This document shows positions 36,716-46,915 of a stretch of 64,000 nucleotides of DNA, in pieces (within the stretch, counting starts at the first letter, position 1; the number at the start of each line of letters is the position of its first letter). The notes below the pieces were generated by a model, which searched no databases, was not told where the DNA came from, and was given only the letters and a program-made list of their open reading frames with translations. Origin of the DNA: an uncultured bacterium (GTDB taxonomy: Bacteria > Fidelibacterota > JAANXI01); NCBI GenBank assembly GCA_964413425.1, contig CAYPST010000003.1, positions 15,336 through 79,335 on the forward strand, written 5' to 3'. Made by a program: the position numbers and the translations under genes.

Positions 36716-38854
36716 ATGAATCGACATAAGCTAATAATAAGTGTTGTATTGCTGGCCACTACCGTGTTGTGGGGGGCTGCCTTGGATGCCGGCAACACAA
36801 GACAGATGCGGGTTGGAAATATTCAGGATGCGGTTGACGCTGCGTTCTCTCAAACATTCCAGCATGATCCACACGCGTTTTACTATTTTGACGCATTTAG
36901 TCAATGGAACATAAATAGACGTGCCACCCATATCCTTGCCAGAGATTGGGTGGCTCCGGATGGTACGGAACTGTTGGTGAAAAAAACGTCGAATGCCATG
37001 TATTCGGATGAAACAGCCATCACAATGCCAGTCCCGGATGAAAATGACATCGATATACGTAAGTATTATCGCGACAAACCTCCGGAAATCTATGTGGATG
37101 GGATTCAGCTGCACCGGGAGTTCCCCTTGGATGGCGAGCACCTTGCGCCGGAAAAAATTCCTGGGACAGCGGATCGGATGATTGAATCGACTATTAACAC
37201 GGATATGGGATTAACTCTCACTAAAAGAGTGTTGGCATGGAGTCAGAAAAATCATGATGATTATTTGATCTATGATATTACGTTCACCAATACCGGCAAT
37301 GTGGACTTGGATGACGAAATCGAACTGCCGGATCAAACTCTTAAAGATGTATATGTGGCTCGAATGTCGGTAGACGGTTGGTACGGAACCTGGCCCAAAT
37401 GGCATGGTTACTATGGTCAGTATCCCGATGATTCCTTACGTATAGGCTATTCTTATCACAACTGGGTGACCGGTGATACCTGGGGAAGTGTAGGCACCGA
37501 ATACGATCGATACGGGAATCCTCACCGGGAGATTGGCTTTATTCAGGATCCGGAATGGGTTGGCGAAGCCCTCTTGCATGTCGACAAATCCACTACTGAT
37601 AATACCGATAATTGGGACAATCAACCTTGGGTCACCGGCATATTCTCTGCAGAAGATCCCATTTTTAAACAGGCGCAACCGATCACTCCGGAGAGGTTGT
37701 ATGGGATTATGAAGAATGGTTTTTCGCAGGATGATGGTTCACCAGAGCTTACGGGAACCAAGCCGGGACACCATAAAGTGCCCATGGAACTGATGGACAT
37801 CACTTATGGCTATGAAATTGATATGCCATATGACGAACCCGGAAATACATATGTTGTGGGGCCTTATACGGTGGGTCCAGGTGAGTCCTTCCGGATTGTG
37901 TTTGCCACAGTAATCGGTTCTATTTCTCCCCGGGTTGCCTGGGATGTTGGGAAGGATTGGCTGAATGGAACAGCGAGCTGGGATGGTCCGGATAAACTGC
38001 CGCCGCCGGCTGAGGATATTTATGCTGACCGGCCAGAATTTACAGAGAATGATATTGCTAAGGATCAATGGGTATCCACTGGCAAAGACTCTCTCTTTCG
38101 GAATGCGTCTGCGGCACAATGGGCAGTGCAGCACGATTACAATGTTCCTGTCCCTCCACCTGCTCCGTCGATAGAAGTACAGTCACTTCCGGATCGCATT
38201 CAAATCTCTTGGGGTGATGAATCAGAAGCAGCTTCGGATTTTGCGGGTTACCGAGTTTATCGAGCACTCGGGAATCCTGATCCGATTGTGCGCGAAAATA
38301 GACTGATTGGCGAATGGGAAATGATTTTCGAATGCGGAGAAGGAACAGAAAATGATCTGGCGTACACCTATGGTGACGACGAAGCCCAACGAGGAGAAGA
38401 ATACTATTACTATGTTGCGGCATTTGATAATGGAGTTGATAATGCCCCAGGCGTTTTCGGTAAAAAAGAACAGCTTGAAAGCGGTCGCTACATGAACATG
38501 ACGCAACGTGCAGCGTCTCTTACAAGACCTCCGGGTGATGAGTTGAGTGATATTCGGGTGGTACCGAATCCCTTTAATGTCAATGCCAGCGCGGTGCAGT
38601 TCCAGGGTGCACCAAACAAGATCGTTTTTATGGAATTGCCGCCGGAATGTACCATTTCCGTCTATACTGAAAGTGGTGATCTGGTAAAGGTGTTGGAACA
38701 TACCGATGGCTCTGGGGACGAACCATGGGGAGAAAACTGGCAGACATTTCAGGTATCCGAGACCGGACAGGTCGTTGTGAGCGGATTGTATATCGCACAT
38801 ATTGAAACTCCTGACGGCCGCAGCAAGAATGTCAAATTCGTCATTGTGCGGTGA
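36716..38854 (+). CDS. secreted protein of unknown function with C-terminal T9SS (Por) sorting domain; takes the place of a SusD partner
   Basis: Sec signal peptide. C-terminal roughly 90 aa fit the T9SS CTD pattern (VVPNPFN...TISVYTESGDLVKVL...SGLYIAHIET...VKFVIVR). An internal FN3-like segment (YRVYRALGNP...YYYYVAAFD). No SusD/TPR signature. Confidence 0.6.
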   Translation: MNRHKLIISVVLLATTVLWGAALDAGNTRQMRVGNIQDAVDAAFSQTFQHDPHAFYYFDAFSQWNINRRATHILARDWVAPDGTELLVKKTSNAMYSDETAITMPVPDENDIDIRKYYRDKPPEIYVDGIQLHREFPLDGEHLAPEKIPGTADRMIESTINTDMGLTLTKRVLAWSQKNHDDYLIYDITFTNTGNVDLDDEIELPDQTLKDVYVARMSVDGWYGTWPKWHGYYGQYPDDSLRIGYSYHNWVTGDTWGSVGTEYDRYGNPHREIGFIQDPEWVGEALLHVDKSTTDNTDNWDNQPWVTGIFSAEDPIFKQAQPITPERLYGIMKNGFSQDDGSPELTGTKPGHHKVPMELMDITYGYEIDMPYDEPGNTYVVGPYTVGPGESFRIVFATVIGSISPRVAWDVGKDWLNGTASWDGPDKLPPPAEDIYADRPEFTENDIAKDQWVSTGKDSLFRNASAAQWAVQHDYNVPVPPPAPSIEVQSLPDRIQISWGDESEAASDFAGYRVYRALGNPDPIVRENRLIGEWEMIFECGEGTENDLAYTYGDDEAQRGEEYYYYVAAFDNGVDNAPGVFGKKEQLESGRYMNMTQRAASLTRPPGDELSDIRVVPNPFNVNASAVQFQGAPNKIVFMELPPECTISVYTESGDLVKVLEHTDGSGDEPWGENWQTFQVSETGQVVVSGLYIAHIETPDGRSKNVKFVIVR

Positions 38855-38906
38855 TAAAAGGACACACTGATTCTGAGAATAGTAGACAGTATTTGAAAAT
38901 ATAAAT

Positions 38907-39914
38907 TTGGAGACTATGATGAAGAAAATAACTCAGCGATTGATTGTCATCTGCCTGATAGGGCTCCTGGGATTCCGAATGGGTGAAGCGAAGACAATTA
39001 AGAAAGTTGCCCAGACCGGTTTGCAGTTTTTGAAGGTGGATATGGTCTCCCGGGCGGCCGGAATGGGTGGGGCGTTTACTATGGCCGGACAGGGGACAGA
39101 GGCAATATTCTATAATCCGGCATCTGTTTCGGAAATGCAGAACGATATTGAATTCTTTGCAACCCGGGTGAATTGGATTGCAGATATTGCCTATAATGCG
39201 GCCGCTGTTGCCAAAGATTTAGGGAATGCAGGCGCACTCGGGCTCCATATCATCAGCAGCGATTATGGGGAGGTGTATGGTACTCGTGTAGCCTCCACCG
39301 AGAAAGGCTATATCAATACCGGGGAGGTGAATGTTAATGGATATGCCGCGGGCCTCTCCTATTCCCGGACCTTAACCAATAAGTTCCGGGTTGGCGGAAC
39401 AGTGAAATATGCCGAACAACACCTGGGAGCTAATATTCATGAGGTTGATGGACCCGAAATCGAAAATAAAGTATCGGGACTGGCTTATGATTTCGGAACC
39501 ATATTCTATCCTGGGTTAAAAAGCCTCCGGTTGGGGATCAGCTTCCGGAATTTTTCCCCGCAGTTTAAATATGAAGAAACCGCATTCGAATTGCCCCTGA
39601 CATTTCGTCTTGGCATCGCTGCTGATGTCCTTGACTTTATTGGAGGGTTTGAACAACACTCCCTGCTGGTGGATGTTGACGCACTTCACCCTCGTGATTA
39701 CACAGAGCGAGTACATGTGGGTGCAGAATATCTTTATAATAACTTGCTAGCTCTCCGTGCTGGATATAAGACCAATTACGATGAAGAATCACTAAGTCTG
39801 GGGTTTGGTCTCAATTATGATATAGGTGGAATCGGTCTCCGGGTTGATTATGCTTATTCACCGATGAATGTGTTTAATAATGTCCAGCGAATTACAATCG
39901 GTGGATCATTTTGA
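38907..39914 (+). CDS. outer-membrane beta-barrel protein with FadL/PorV-type N-terminal motif (possibly T9SS-associated, PorP/SprF-sized)
   Basis: Signal peptide. AGMGGAFTMAGQGTEAIFYNPASVS resembles the FadL/PorV N-terminal GRAFAG...DDAS.FYNPA motif. Alternating beta-strand pattern, and the C-terminal residue is F. 335 aa. Lies directly downstream of a T9SS cargo gene. Confidence 0.5.
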   Translation: METMMKKITQRLIVICLIGLLGFRMGEAKTIKKVAQTGLQFLKVDMVSRAAGMGGAFTMAGQGTEAIFYNPASVSEMQNDIEFFATRVNWIADIAYNAAAVAKDLGNAGALGLHIISSDYGEVYGTRVASTEKGYINTGEVNVNGYAAGLSYSRTLTNKFRVGGTVKYAEQHLGANIHEVDGPEIENKVSGLAYDFGTIFYPGLKSLRLGISFRNFSPQFKYEETAFELPLTFRLGIAADVLDFIGGFEQHSLLVDVDALHPRDYTERVHVGAEYLYNNLLALRAGYKTNYDEESLSLGFGLNYDIGGIGLRVDYAYSPMNVFNNVQRITIGGSF

Positions 39915-40135
39915 TCACATTAGAAGGATGAAGGAAGAGCCGGGTTTGGCAAATAAAGAAAACAAGTTAATGCTTTCCAATTTTCCAATTGTGGGAGGGA
40001 GGTGCTTTGTGCCCTCTCTTCCACACTGCTTTTTACCTGTACATGGCAATCTCTTGTATCCATCCTAAATATACCTGCAGATAGTAAATGGATTATCATT
40101 GACATTTTTATCTGAAGAATTTTTAAGGAGGTATT

Positions 40136-41533
40136 ATGAAATTATTTTCAATACGTATGGTGTTGCTGACTTTACTTTTAGTAGGAGTTGTGTTTGCTAT
40201 ATCACCGGTTGGCACGGCAAAGGCAGCAGATTTTCGCACAGAAACCGATCAAGAGCGCCGGGAACGAATGGAGTGGTGGCGGGAAGCGCGGTTCGGCATG
40301 TTCATTCACTGGGGACTTTATTCCCTGCCGGCCCGGCATGAATGGGTGAAAATGCGGGAGCGGATGACCAATGATGAATATCGGAAGTATTTTGAGTTAT
40401 TCAACCCGGATCTGTATAACCCGAAGGAATGGGCAAAAGCTGCGAAGATGGCCGGAATGAAATATGTAGTGATCACGTCTAAACACCATGAAGGGTTCTG
40501 TCTCTGGGATTCGGATTATACGGAGTATAAGGCAACCAATACCCCGTATGGAAAAGATTTGCTGAAACCGTTTGTCAAAGCGTTTCGTGAGGAGGGTTTG
40601 CGCGTTGGATTCTATTACTCCCTCATCGATTGGCACCATCCCGAATTTCCTATCGACCGGATTCATCCCTTGCGGGATAACGAAGAAATGCGCAAGACGA
40701 ACAAAGATCGGGACATGGAAGAATATGCGGAGTATCTGCATAATCAGGTGCGCGAATTAATGACCGAGTTCGGTCAGATTGACCACTTCTTCCCGGATTT
40801 TTCCTATCCCGGCCCGGACGGGAAAGGGGCCGAAGACTGGCACTCGGAGGAACTCCTGGAAATGGTCCGGGAACTGCAGCCGCAGGTGATCATAAATGAC
40901 CGGCTCGATTTGCTGGATCATCGCTGGGGCTGGGATTTTCGTACTCCGGAACAGTTCATGCCCCGGGAGTGGGTGACCATGGACGGTGAACGGGTGCCCT
41001 GGGAGACCTGCCAGACCTTTTCCGGTTCCTGGGGCTATCACCGGGACGAAAAAACCTGGAAAAGCGACCGGCAGCTGATCACGATGCTCATCGAAACTGT
41101 GAGTAAGGGTGGCAATTTACTGCTGAATGTCGGGCCGACTGCCCGGGGGACTTTCGATTATCGTTCCATGGAGAAATTACGCGCAATCGGAGAGTGGATG
41201 GATTTAAACAGCCGTTCCATCTATAATTGTACCGCAGCGCCGGAAGAATTCAAAAGTCCGGACAACTGCCTGTTGACCTTTAATCCCGAGAAGAACCGGA
41301 TCTATGTTCATGTACTGGAGTGGCCCATGGGTCAGCTGCATCTGGACGGATTCGGTGGCAAAGTAAAATATGCACAGTTACTGCATGATGCCTCGGAGAT
41401 ACAGTTTGAAGGCTCCCGGGGTGCCTGGATGTCAGGAGAGGGAGCCGGAGGCGAAGAGACGTTAAACCTGAACTTACCTATCGTGAAACCGGAGGTGGAG
41501 GTGCCGGTGATTGAACTCTTTTTAACCGAGTAG
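40136..41533 (+). CDS. alpha-L-fucosidase, GH29
   Basis: WWREARFGMFIHWGLYS ... KYVVITSKHHEGFCLWDS (catalytic nucleophile region) ... GGNLLLNVGP. Signal peptide. 465 aa. Confidence 0.85.
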   Translation: MKLFSIRMVLLTLLLVGVVFAISPVGTAKAADFRTETDQERRERMEWWREARFGMFIHWGLYSLPARHEWVKMRERMTNDEYRKYFELFNPDLYNPKEWAKAAKMAGMKYVVITSKHHEGFCLWDSDYTEYKATNTPYGKDLLKPFVKAFREEGLRVGFYYSLIDWHHPEFPIDRIHPLRDNEEMRKTNKDRDMEEYAEYLHNQVRELMTEFGQIDHFFPDFSYPGPDGKGAEDWHSEELLEMVRELQPQVIINDRLDLLDHRWGWDFRTPEQFMPREWVTMDGERVPWETCQTFSGSWGYHRDEKTWKSDRQLITMLIETVSKGGNLLLNVGPTARGTFDYRSMEKLRAIGEWMDLNSRSIYNCTAAPEEFKSPDNCLLTFNPEKNRIYVHVLEWPMGQLHLDGFGGKVKYAQLLHDASEIQFEGSRGAWMSGEGAGGEETLNLNLPIVKPEVEVPVIELFLTE

Positions 41534-41692
41534 TTACATCCACAGGCGGGAGTTGTCCGGAATCAATAGTCCGGAAGGATTGCCGGATGTATAAAAGCAA
41601 TTCAGAACATATGTATCCGCCCAGGGATGCAGACAGGGTTTCAGAGAATGGTTAACCCAATCTGAAGTGAACATCGAAGAGCGAGGCTTACC

Positions 41693-43081
41693 ATGACAAT
41701 GAACAGACGAAAATTTTTGGGAACAATGGCAGGATCTGCAGCAGGCTTCACCATATTGGGGTGCTCATCCGGAGGTCATTCCAATAAAAGTGTCAGCGGT
41801 TTACCGGCGGCTCAGCAGCGGAGGGCCATGCAGGAATGGTTTCAGGATGCGAAATTCGGGATGTTCATTCACTGGGGTGTGTATAGTGTGCTGGGCAGAG
41901 GAGAGTGGGTGATGCACAACGAAGAGATGACGGTGGATGAATACGAACAGCTGCCGTCACAGTTTAATCCCACCGGATACGATCCTGCTGAGTGGGTGGG
42001 CCTGGCGAAGGAAGCGGGGATGGAATATATGACCATCACCTCCAAGCATCATGACGGCTTTGCCATGTGGGATTCGGAGGCCAGCGATTATGATATCGTG
42101 GATCGAACCCCGTACGGAAAGGACGTGTTGAAAATGCTGGCCGATGAATGCCAGCGGCAAGGCGTAAAACTGTTCTTCTACCATTCTCACCTTGACTGGC
42201 ATCACCCCGACTATTACCCCCGGGGCCGAACCGGTCAGCATTCAAACCGGCCGGATGAAGGGGACTTCGACAGCTATCTGGAGTATATGAATACCCAGAT
42301 TCATGAGCTGGCTGACGGACGGTATGGTCAATTGGGCGGCTTCTGGTTTGACGGCTGGTGGGATCAGCGGATACGGGAGGAGGATGTGCCCGATAAAGCC
42401 TGCCATGTGAACTGGCAACTGCAGGAGACGTATGATTTAATCCAGCAGCTGCAGCCCCAGGCCCTCATTGGGAACAATCACCATGTTGCGCCCTTCCCGG
42501 GCGAAGGGTTCCAGATGTTTGAAAAAGACCTTCCGGGGCAGAATACCACTGGTTTCAGCGGAGATGCGGTCATCGGTCGTTTACCGCTGGAAACCTGTGA
42601 TACCATCAACCGTTCCTGGGGATATAATAAGAATGATACCAATTTTAAAAGCACACCGGAACTCATTGGCTATCTGGTGCGGGCAGCGGGACACAACGCG
42701 AATTTCCTATTGAATGTCGGGCCGACACCCCGGGGCACTATTCAGCCGGAATTTGTGGATCGCCTGCGCGACATCGGAGCCTGGATGTCCACGTACGCTC
42801 AAACGATCAAGGGCACCAGGGGCGGGCCCATGCCACCGCAGGATTGGGGCGTCACTACTCAAAAGGAATGGAAGATATTTGTGCATATCCTAGATCCAGA
42901 CTCCCCGGAACAATTGCCTATATTCAATACTTCGGATATCATTCTGGACGGCGCCCATTTGTATGGAAGTGATACCCCTGTAAATATTGCCCGTGATGCA
43001 GATTTAAATGTAGTAATTAATCTTCAGCACGTGCAGCGGAATCCGGTGGACACCATTGTGGTTCTGGAATTAACGAGTTAA
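41693..43081 (+). CDS. alpha-L-fucosidase, GH29 (Tat/lipoprotein signal)
   Basis: NRRKFLGTMAGSAAGFTILGCSSG signal. WFQDAKFGMFIHWGVYSV ... TITSKHHDGFAMWDS ... NFLLNVGP. 462 aa. Confidence 0.85.
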   Translation: MTMNRRKFLGTMAGSAAGFTILGCSSGGHSNKSVSGLPAAQQRRAMQEWFQDAKFGMFIHWGVYSVLGRGEWVMHNEEMTVDEYEQLPSQFNPTGYDPAEWVGLAKEAGMEYMTITSKHHDGFAMWDSEASDYDIVDRTPYGKDVLKMLADECQRQGVKLFFYHSHLDWHHPDYYPRGRTGQHSNRPDEGDFDSYLEYMNTQIHELADGRYGQLGGFWFDGWWDQRIREEDVPDKACHVNWQLQETYDLIQQLQPQALIGNNHHVAPFPGEGFQMFEKDLPGQNTTGFSGDAVIGRLPLETCDTINRSWGYNKNDTNFKSTPELIGYLVRAAGHNANFLLNVGPTPRGTIQPEFVDRLRDIGAWMSTYAQTIKGTRGGPMPPQDWGVTTQKEWKIFVHILDPDSPEQLPIFNTSDIILDGAHLYGSDTPVNIARDADLNVVINLQHVQRNPVDTIVVLELTS

Positions 43082-43377
43082 AGAGCAAAAAAGAACGTTG
43101 TTTGAGGAACAGAAGAAGAGGAATGGAAAAAGCCTGGATGTTCCCAACATGGGCAGTTACGGCCGAATGGATCTATTCCCACTTGAAGAAATCTGCGCTC
43201 TGATACGTTATTTGTAGCTCCAGACTTTCATTGGCATCAACTGGGAGCCGAAAGTGATCAAGATTATAGTGCATCGGAGCGTACGCATAGAGCACAAATC
43301 TAGACAACAATAAGGCCGAAAGAGGTCCGGGGAAATTCTGTTAACAACAAAATGATAAAAAAAGGAAGGAATATACA

Positions 43378-44853
43378 GTGATGCAATTAAGAAGCATTCT
43401 GGTAGCTCTTATATGCGCGTGGATGATACTCTATACACTGCAGGGAACAGTCAGTCCGGTTTATGGGCAGGAGGATGCAGAGAGACATTTCGAACCCACC
43501 ATCAGATCCCTCAGCAGCCATGAGCTCCCGGCATGGTATGACGATGCCAAACTGGGCATCTTTATCCATTGGGGGATCTACTCCGTCCCCGCCTGGGCCC
43601 CTACCACCGGAGAGCTGGGGTCGGTGGAGCGGGAACGATGGTTCAAGTATAACCCGTACGCCGAGTGGTATCTGAATTCCCTGCGCATCCCCGGATCGCC
43701 CACCCAGGAACACCATTATCAAACCTACGGCAGTGACTTCAATTATTATGACTTTGCCGAGACCTTAAACCAAGAGGTGCAGCAGTGGGATCCAGATGAA
43801 ATGGCCGGCCTGTTCCAGGATGTGCATGCCCGCTACGTCGTCCTGACGTCCAAACATCATGACGGATTCGTGCTCTGGCCCAGTAATTTCAGGAATCCGT
43901 ATCTCCCGTTCGACAAACAGCGGGCTACCAGGGATATCGTGGGAGAACTGACGGCGGCGGTCAGGGAGCAAGGCATGCGTATGGGACTATACTACAGCGG
44001 TGGCATCGACTGGAGCTTTCATCCGGTGGTTATCACCGGCAATCTGGACTGGAGCAAGATCACCCCCCGGAGTGATGAGTATAGAAGTTACGCCCGGAAC
44101 CACTGGGAAGAACTTATCGAGAAGTACCGGCCCGCTATTCTCTGGAATGATATCGCCTATCCTGACCGACAGGACGCCATGGAAATAATCGCCGACTATT
44201 ATAATGAGTATTCTAATGGCGTCATTAACAATCGGTGGAGTCTGTCCTTCCAGGACTTTACCACACCGGAATACGCCCAGTACGACCGATTGACTCCTCA
44301 GAAGTGGGAAGCGACTCGCGGAATCGCCTATTCATTCGGGTACAACCAGAATTCCGGTCCCGAGCAGATGCTCTCCGTGGATGAGCTGGTTGATATGTTC
44401 GTGGATATCGTCAGCAAGAACGGGAATCTGCTCCTGAATGTGGGCCCCAAACCCGACGGCACCATCCCCGAACTGCAGGTAGAGCGCCTCCGGAGACTCG
44501 GCCGCTGGCTGGATGTGAACGGGGAGGCCATCTTCGAGACTCGTCCCTGGGTGGTTGCGGAAGGTGCCCTGGTGAACGATGACGCCGAGATCCGATTCAC
44601 CCATAAACCCGGCGTGTTGTACGCCATTCTGCTGGACAGCCCGGACGAATATTCTATCGCTCTCAGAAATCTGGAGCTGGAGGAAGGAACTGCCGTGACG
44701 TTGCTTGGGCATAGCGAAGCGCTCCAATGGCGGCAGGAAGGTAACATGGTACGTATTAATCTGCCTAAAAAATTACCGGATAATCCGGCATATACCATCA
44801 AAATCACACCTGAACCCTGGCGGTTGATTCGGAAAGGTGAGACTGCAAATTGA
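43378..44853 (+). CDS. alpha-L-fucosidase, GH29
   Basis: WYDDAKLGIFIHWGIYSVPAW ... VVLTSKHHDGFVLWPS ... GNLLLNVGPKPDG. Signal peptide. 491 aa. Confidence 0.8.
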   Translation: MMQLRSILVALICAWMILYTLQGTVSPVYGQEDAERHFEPTIRSLSSHELPAWYDDAKLGIFIHWGIYSVPAWAPTTGELGSVERERWFKYNPYAEWYLNSLRIPGSPTQEHHYQTYGSDFNYYDFAETLNQEVQQWDPDEMAGLFQDVHARYVVLTSKHHDGFVLWPSNFRNPYLPFDKQRATRDIVGELTAAVREQGMRMGLYYSGGIDWSFHPVVITGNLDWSKITPRSDEYRSYARNHWEELIEKYRPAILWNDIAYPDRQDAMEIIADYYNEYSNGVINNRWSLSFQDFTTPEYAQYDRLTPQKWEATRGIAYSFGYNQNSGPEQMLSVDELVDMFVDIVSKNGNLLLNVGPKPDGTIPELQVERLRRLGRWLDVNGEAIFETRPWVVAEGALVNDDAEIRFTHKPGVLYAILLDSPDEYSIALRNLELEEGTAVTLLGHSEALQWRQEGNMVRINLPKKLPDNPAYTIKITPEPWRLIRKGETAN

Positions 44854-45018
44854 GATTTCTCCATATTTATTTTTGGTTTTGGGTGAAAATTAATCTAATT
44901 AGAGTTAAAACTATCTATAGGGCAATTTAACTCGTTACTTTTTTAACAGGAATTTAATAAACTAACAATCTAATATACAGGAGAAGACTTCTTTGGATTT
45001 TAAATAATTTAGCATTGA

Positions 45019-46083
45019 GTGAGTATGCCAGCTAAGAAGATTACGATTAAAGATCTGGCACGTATTCTGGGCCTTCACCATAGTACAGTATCCCGGGCCT
45101 TGCATGATCATCCGGATATCAGCCAGGAAACTAAAAATCTTGTTTTCTCTCTTGCTGAGGAACTCGATTACCAACCTGATGCCATTGCCCAGACATTTCG
45201 CAGCAGAAAAAGTAAGACGCTGGGGGTATTGGTGCCATCGGTCAATGACTTTTTTGCGGCGGTTATTCGGGGTATTGAGGATATCGCCTATTATAATGGA
45301 TATACAATATTGGTGTGCCAATCCAATGAGAGCTATGAACGCGAGGTGATTAATATCCGCAGTCTGATATCGAATCAGGTAGCCGGCGTGCTGGTATCAA
45401 TATCGGAGCATACTACGAGCAGTGAACATTTCCAGATCTTCAAAAATCGTGAGATCCCCTTGGTTCTCTTTGATCGTGTATTTAAAGGACAGGATTTTAA
45501 TACTGTGGTTGTTGATGATTTCAATGGCGCCTATAAAATAGTGAATCATATTATTCGCCGAGGATATAGAAGGGTTGCTCATTTTGCCGGTCCCAGAAAA
45601 GTGTCTGTAAGTAAAGATAGACTTGAAGGATATTTACAAGCTCTAAGTGATAATAATATTCCGATTAATCCAAAATGGATTATTTATGGAGGATTTTCAC
45701 CACAAGATGGCCAACGAGCATTTCGGGAGATGCAGACCTGGCAAGCCTATCCTGAGGCTATTTTTGCGGTAAATGATCCTGTAGCGATAGGGGTATATAC
45801 CCAACTGCGGAAGGCCGGAATAAAAATTCCAAGCGATATCGCATTGGCTGGTTTTGGGAACATAAGCGAGTCGGGAATAACCACACCTCCCATTACCACG
45901 GTGAATCAGAATCCATATGAAATTGGGAAGCTGGCTGCACTGTTCATCTTTGATCAGATCAAGAAGCCGGACCAGATTTCGAAGCCGCGTGAAGAAATTT
46001 TGCAGACGGAACTGATTATCAGACCTTCGACGGCCCCTAAAAAATTGAGTGATAGCCGGTCGTTTCATAGACACGCTGAGTAG
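45019..46083 (+). CDS. LacI/GalR-family transcriptional regulator
   Basis: N-terminal HTH ITIKDLARILGLHHSTVSRAL followed by a periplasmic-binding-protein-like sugar-binding domain. GTG 45019 or ATG 45025. 354 aa. Confidence 0.85.
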   Translation: MSMPAKKITIKDLARILGLHHSTVSRALHDHPDISQETKNLVFSLAEELDYQPDAIAQTFRSRKSKTLGVLVPSVNDFFAAVIRGIEDIAYYNGYTILVCQSNESYEREVINIRSLISNQVAGVLVSISEHTTSSEHFQIFKNREIPLVLFDRVFKGQDFNTVVVDDFNGAYKIVNHIIRRGYRRVAHFAGPRKVSVSKDRLEGYLQALSDNNIPINPKWIIYGGFSPQDGQRAFREMQTWQAYPEAIFAVNDPVAIGVYTQLRKAGIKIPSDIALAGFGNISESGITTPPITTVNQNPYEIGKLAALFIFDQIKKPDQISKPREEILQTELIIRPSTAPKKLSDSRSFHRHAE

Positions 46084-46128
46084 TGGGGGAATTCGTTCTG
46101 ACAGGAGGAGTTCTGGATTATTGTTGTG
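46084..46128 (+). terminator. hairpin after the LacI-family gene (acaggaggag-N22-cttcctcctgt)
   Basis: A 10-11 bp stem with a long loop begins about 20 nt after the stop. Confidence 0.3.
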
Positions 46129-46531
46129 ATTTCTTCCTCCTGTATGTATGGATAGAGGCTACATTTATGTGAATATTTTGAATATATTGAAGTGGAAATA
46201 ATGAATACCTTCCCTGATAGATGGTTTTCTTTATATTCTGAGACGAGGATAATAAAAATCGGTTTGATCTATGCATAGAATTTAAAGGAAAGGTCTCATT
46301 ATTAGATGCACACATGTGCAATGCTGGTTGTGAACGGAGGATCCGGAAGGGATTTATATGAACTGGAGCCGGCTGTATTTTAAAAGATTTATAAGGAAGC
46401 TGCAATGAGACTGGTAGAGTGACAACGAGTCACAACCATATATGGCGCAGGGGGCTACCTCCTCCTCCACCCCTTGTGCCATATAAAAATTCGTGGTGAA
46501 TGAGGGAGGGCTGGTTCTAATCTTATATTCA

Positions 46532-46599
46532 CCTAAGTTGAGCGATACGAGTGCCCCACTGGGGTCCCTCTGGGACAGCGAAGTATCGCTGTACTTAGG
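46532..46599. repeat. imperfect-palindrome repeat element (family B), copy 2 (inverted relative to copy 1, with 22-nt internal insertion)
   Basis: cctaagttgagcgatacgagtg-[ccccactggggtccctctggga]-cagcgaagtatcgctgtacttagg. The arms are identical to the reverse complement of 32238-32283. Confidence 0.55.
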
Positions 46600-46650
46600 G
46601 AAATTTGGGATTCATATTCTGCAGAAATGATAATAATTTAGCATTCATGA

Positions 46651-46886
46651 GAGTGTTTAGAAAACATGGTTCTGATGCAAGTTGGTGAACTTGGCTTCTG
46701 TTTAGTATGGAGAGAAGATATAAGCACAATGTATTACGCTATTTGGACGGATATATTCTATATTTTCTTTGTCCCAGAGGGATCTCTTCGAGGCGTTCTT
46801 TGCGGCCTCTGCGAACTTTGTCCCGTCCTGACGGGATCTCTTTGCCGAAGGCATCCCTTCGGGCGAGGCGTTTTCTAAATAGACTC
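46651..46886. mobile_element. MITE-like element, copy 2 (236 bp, most complete), TIR GAGTGTTTAGAAAAC / GTTTTCTAAATAGACTC
   Basis: Both termini are shared with copy 1 (17055-17157). There is an internal tandem duplication of a roughly 45-nt module (ctttgtccc...gggatctct..cgaggcgttctttg). It contains the hairpins cccgtc-ct-gacggg and ccgaagg-catc-ccttcgg. Possible ATTCAT flanking duplication. No ORF. Confidence 0.55.
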
Positions 46887-46915
46887 ATTCATAATTCATC
46901 CGGAAGGGATCTGCT

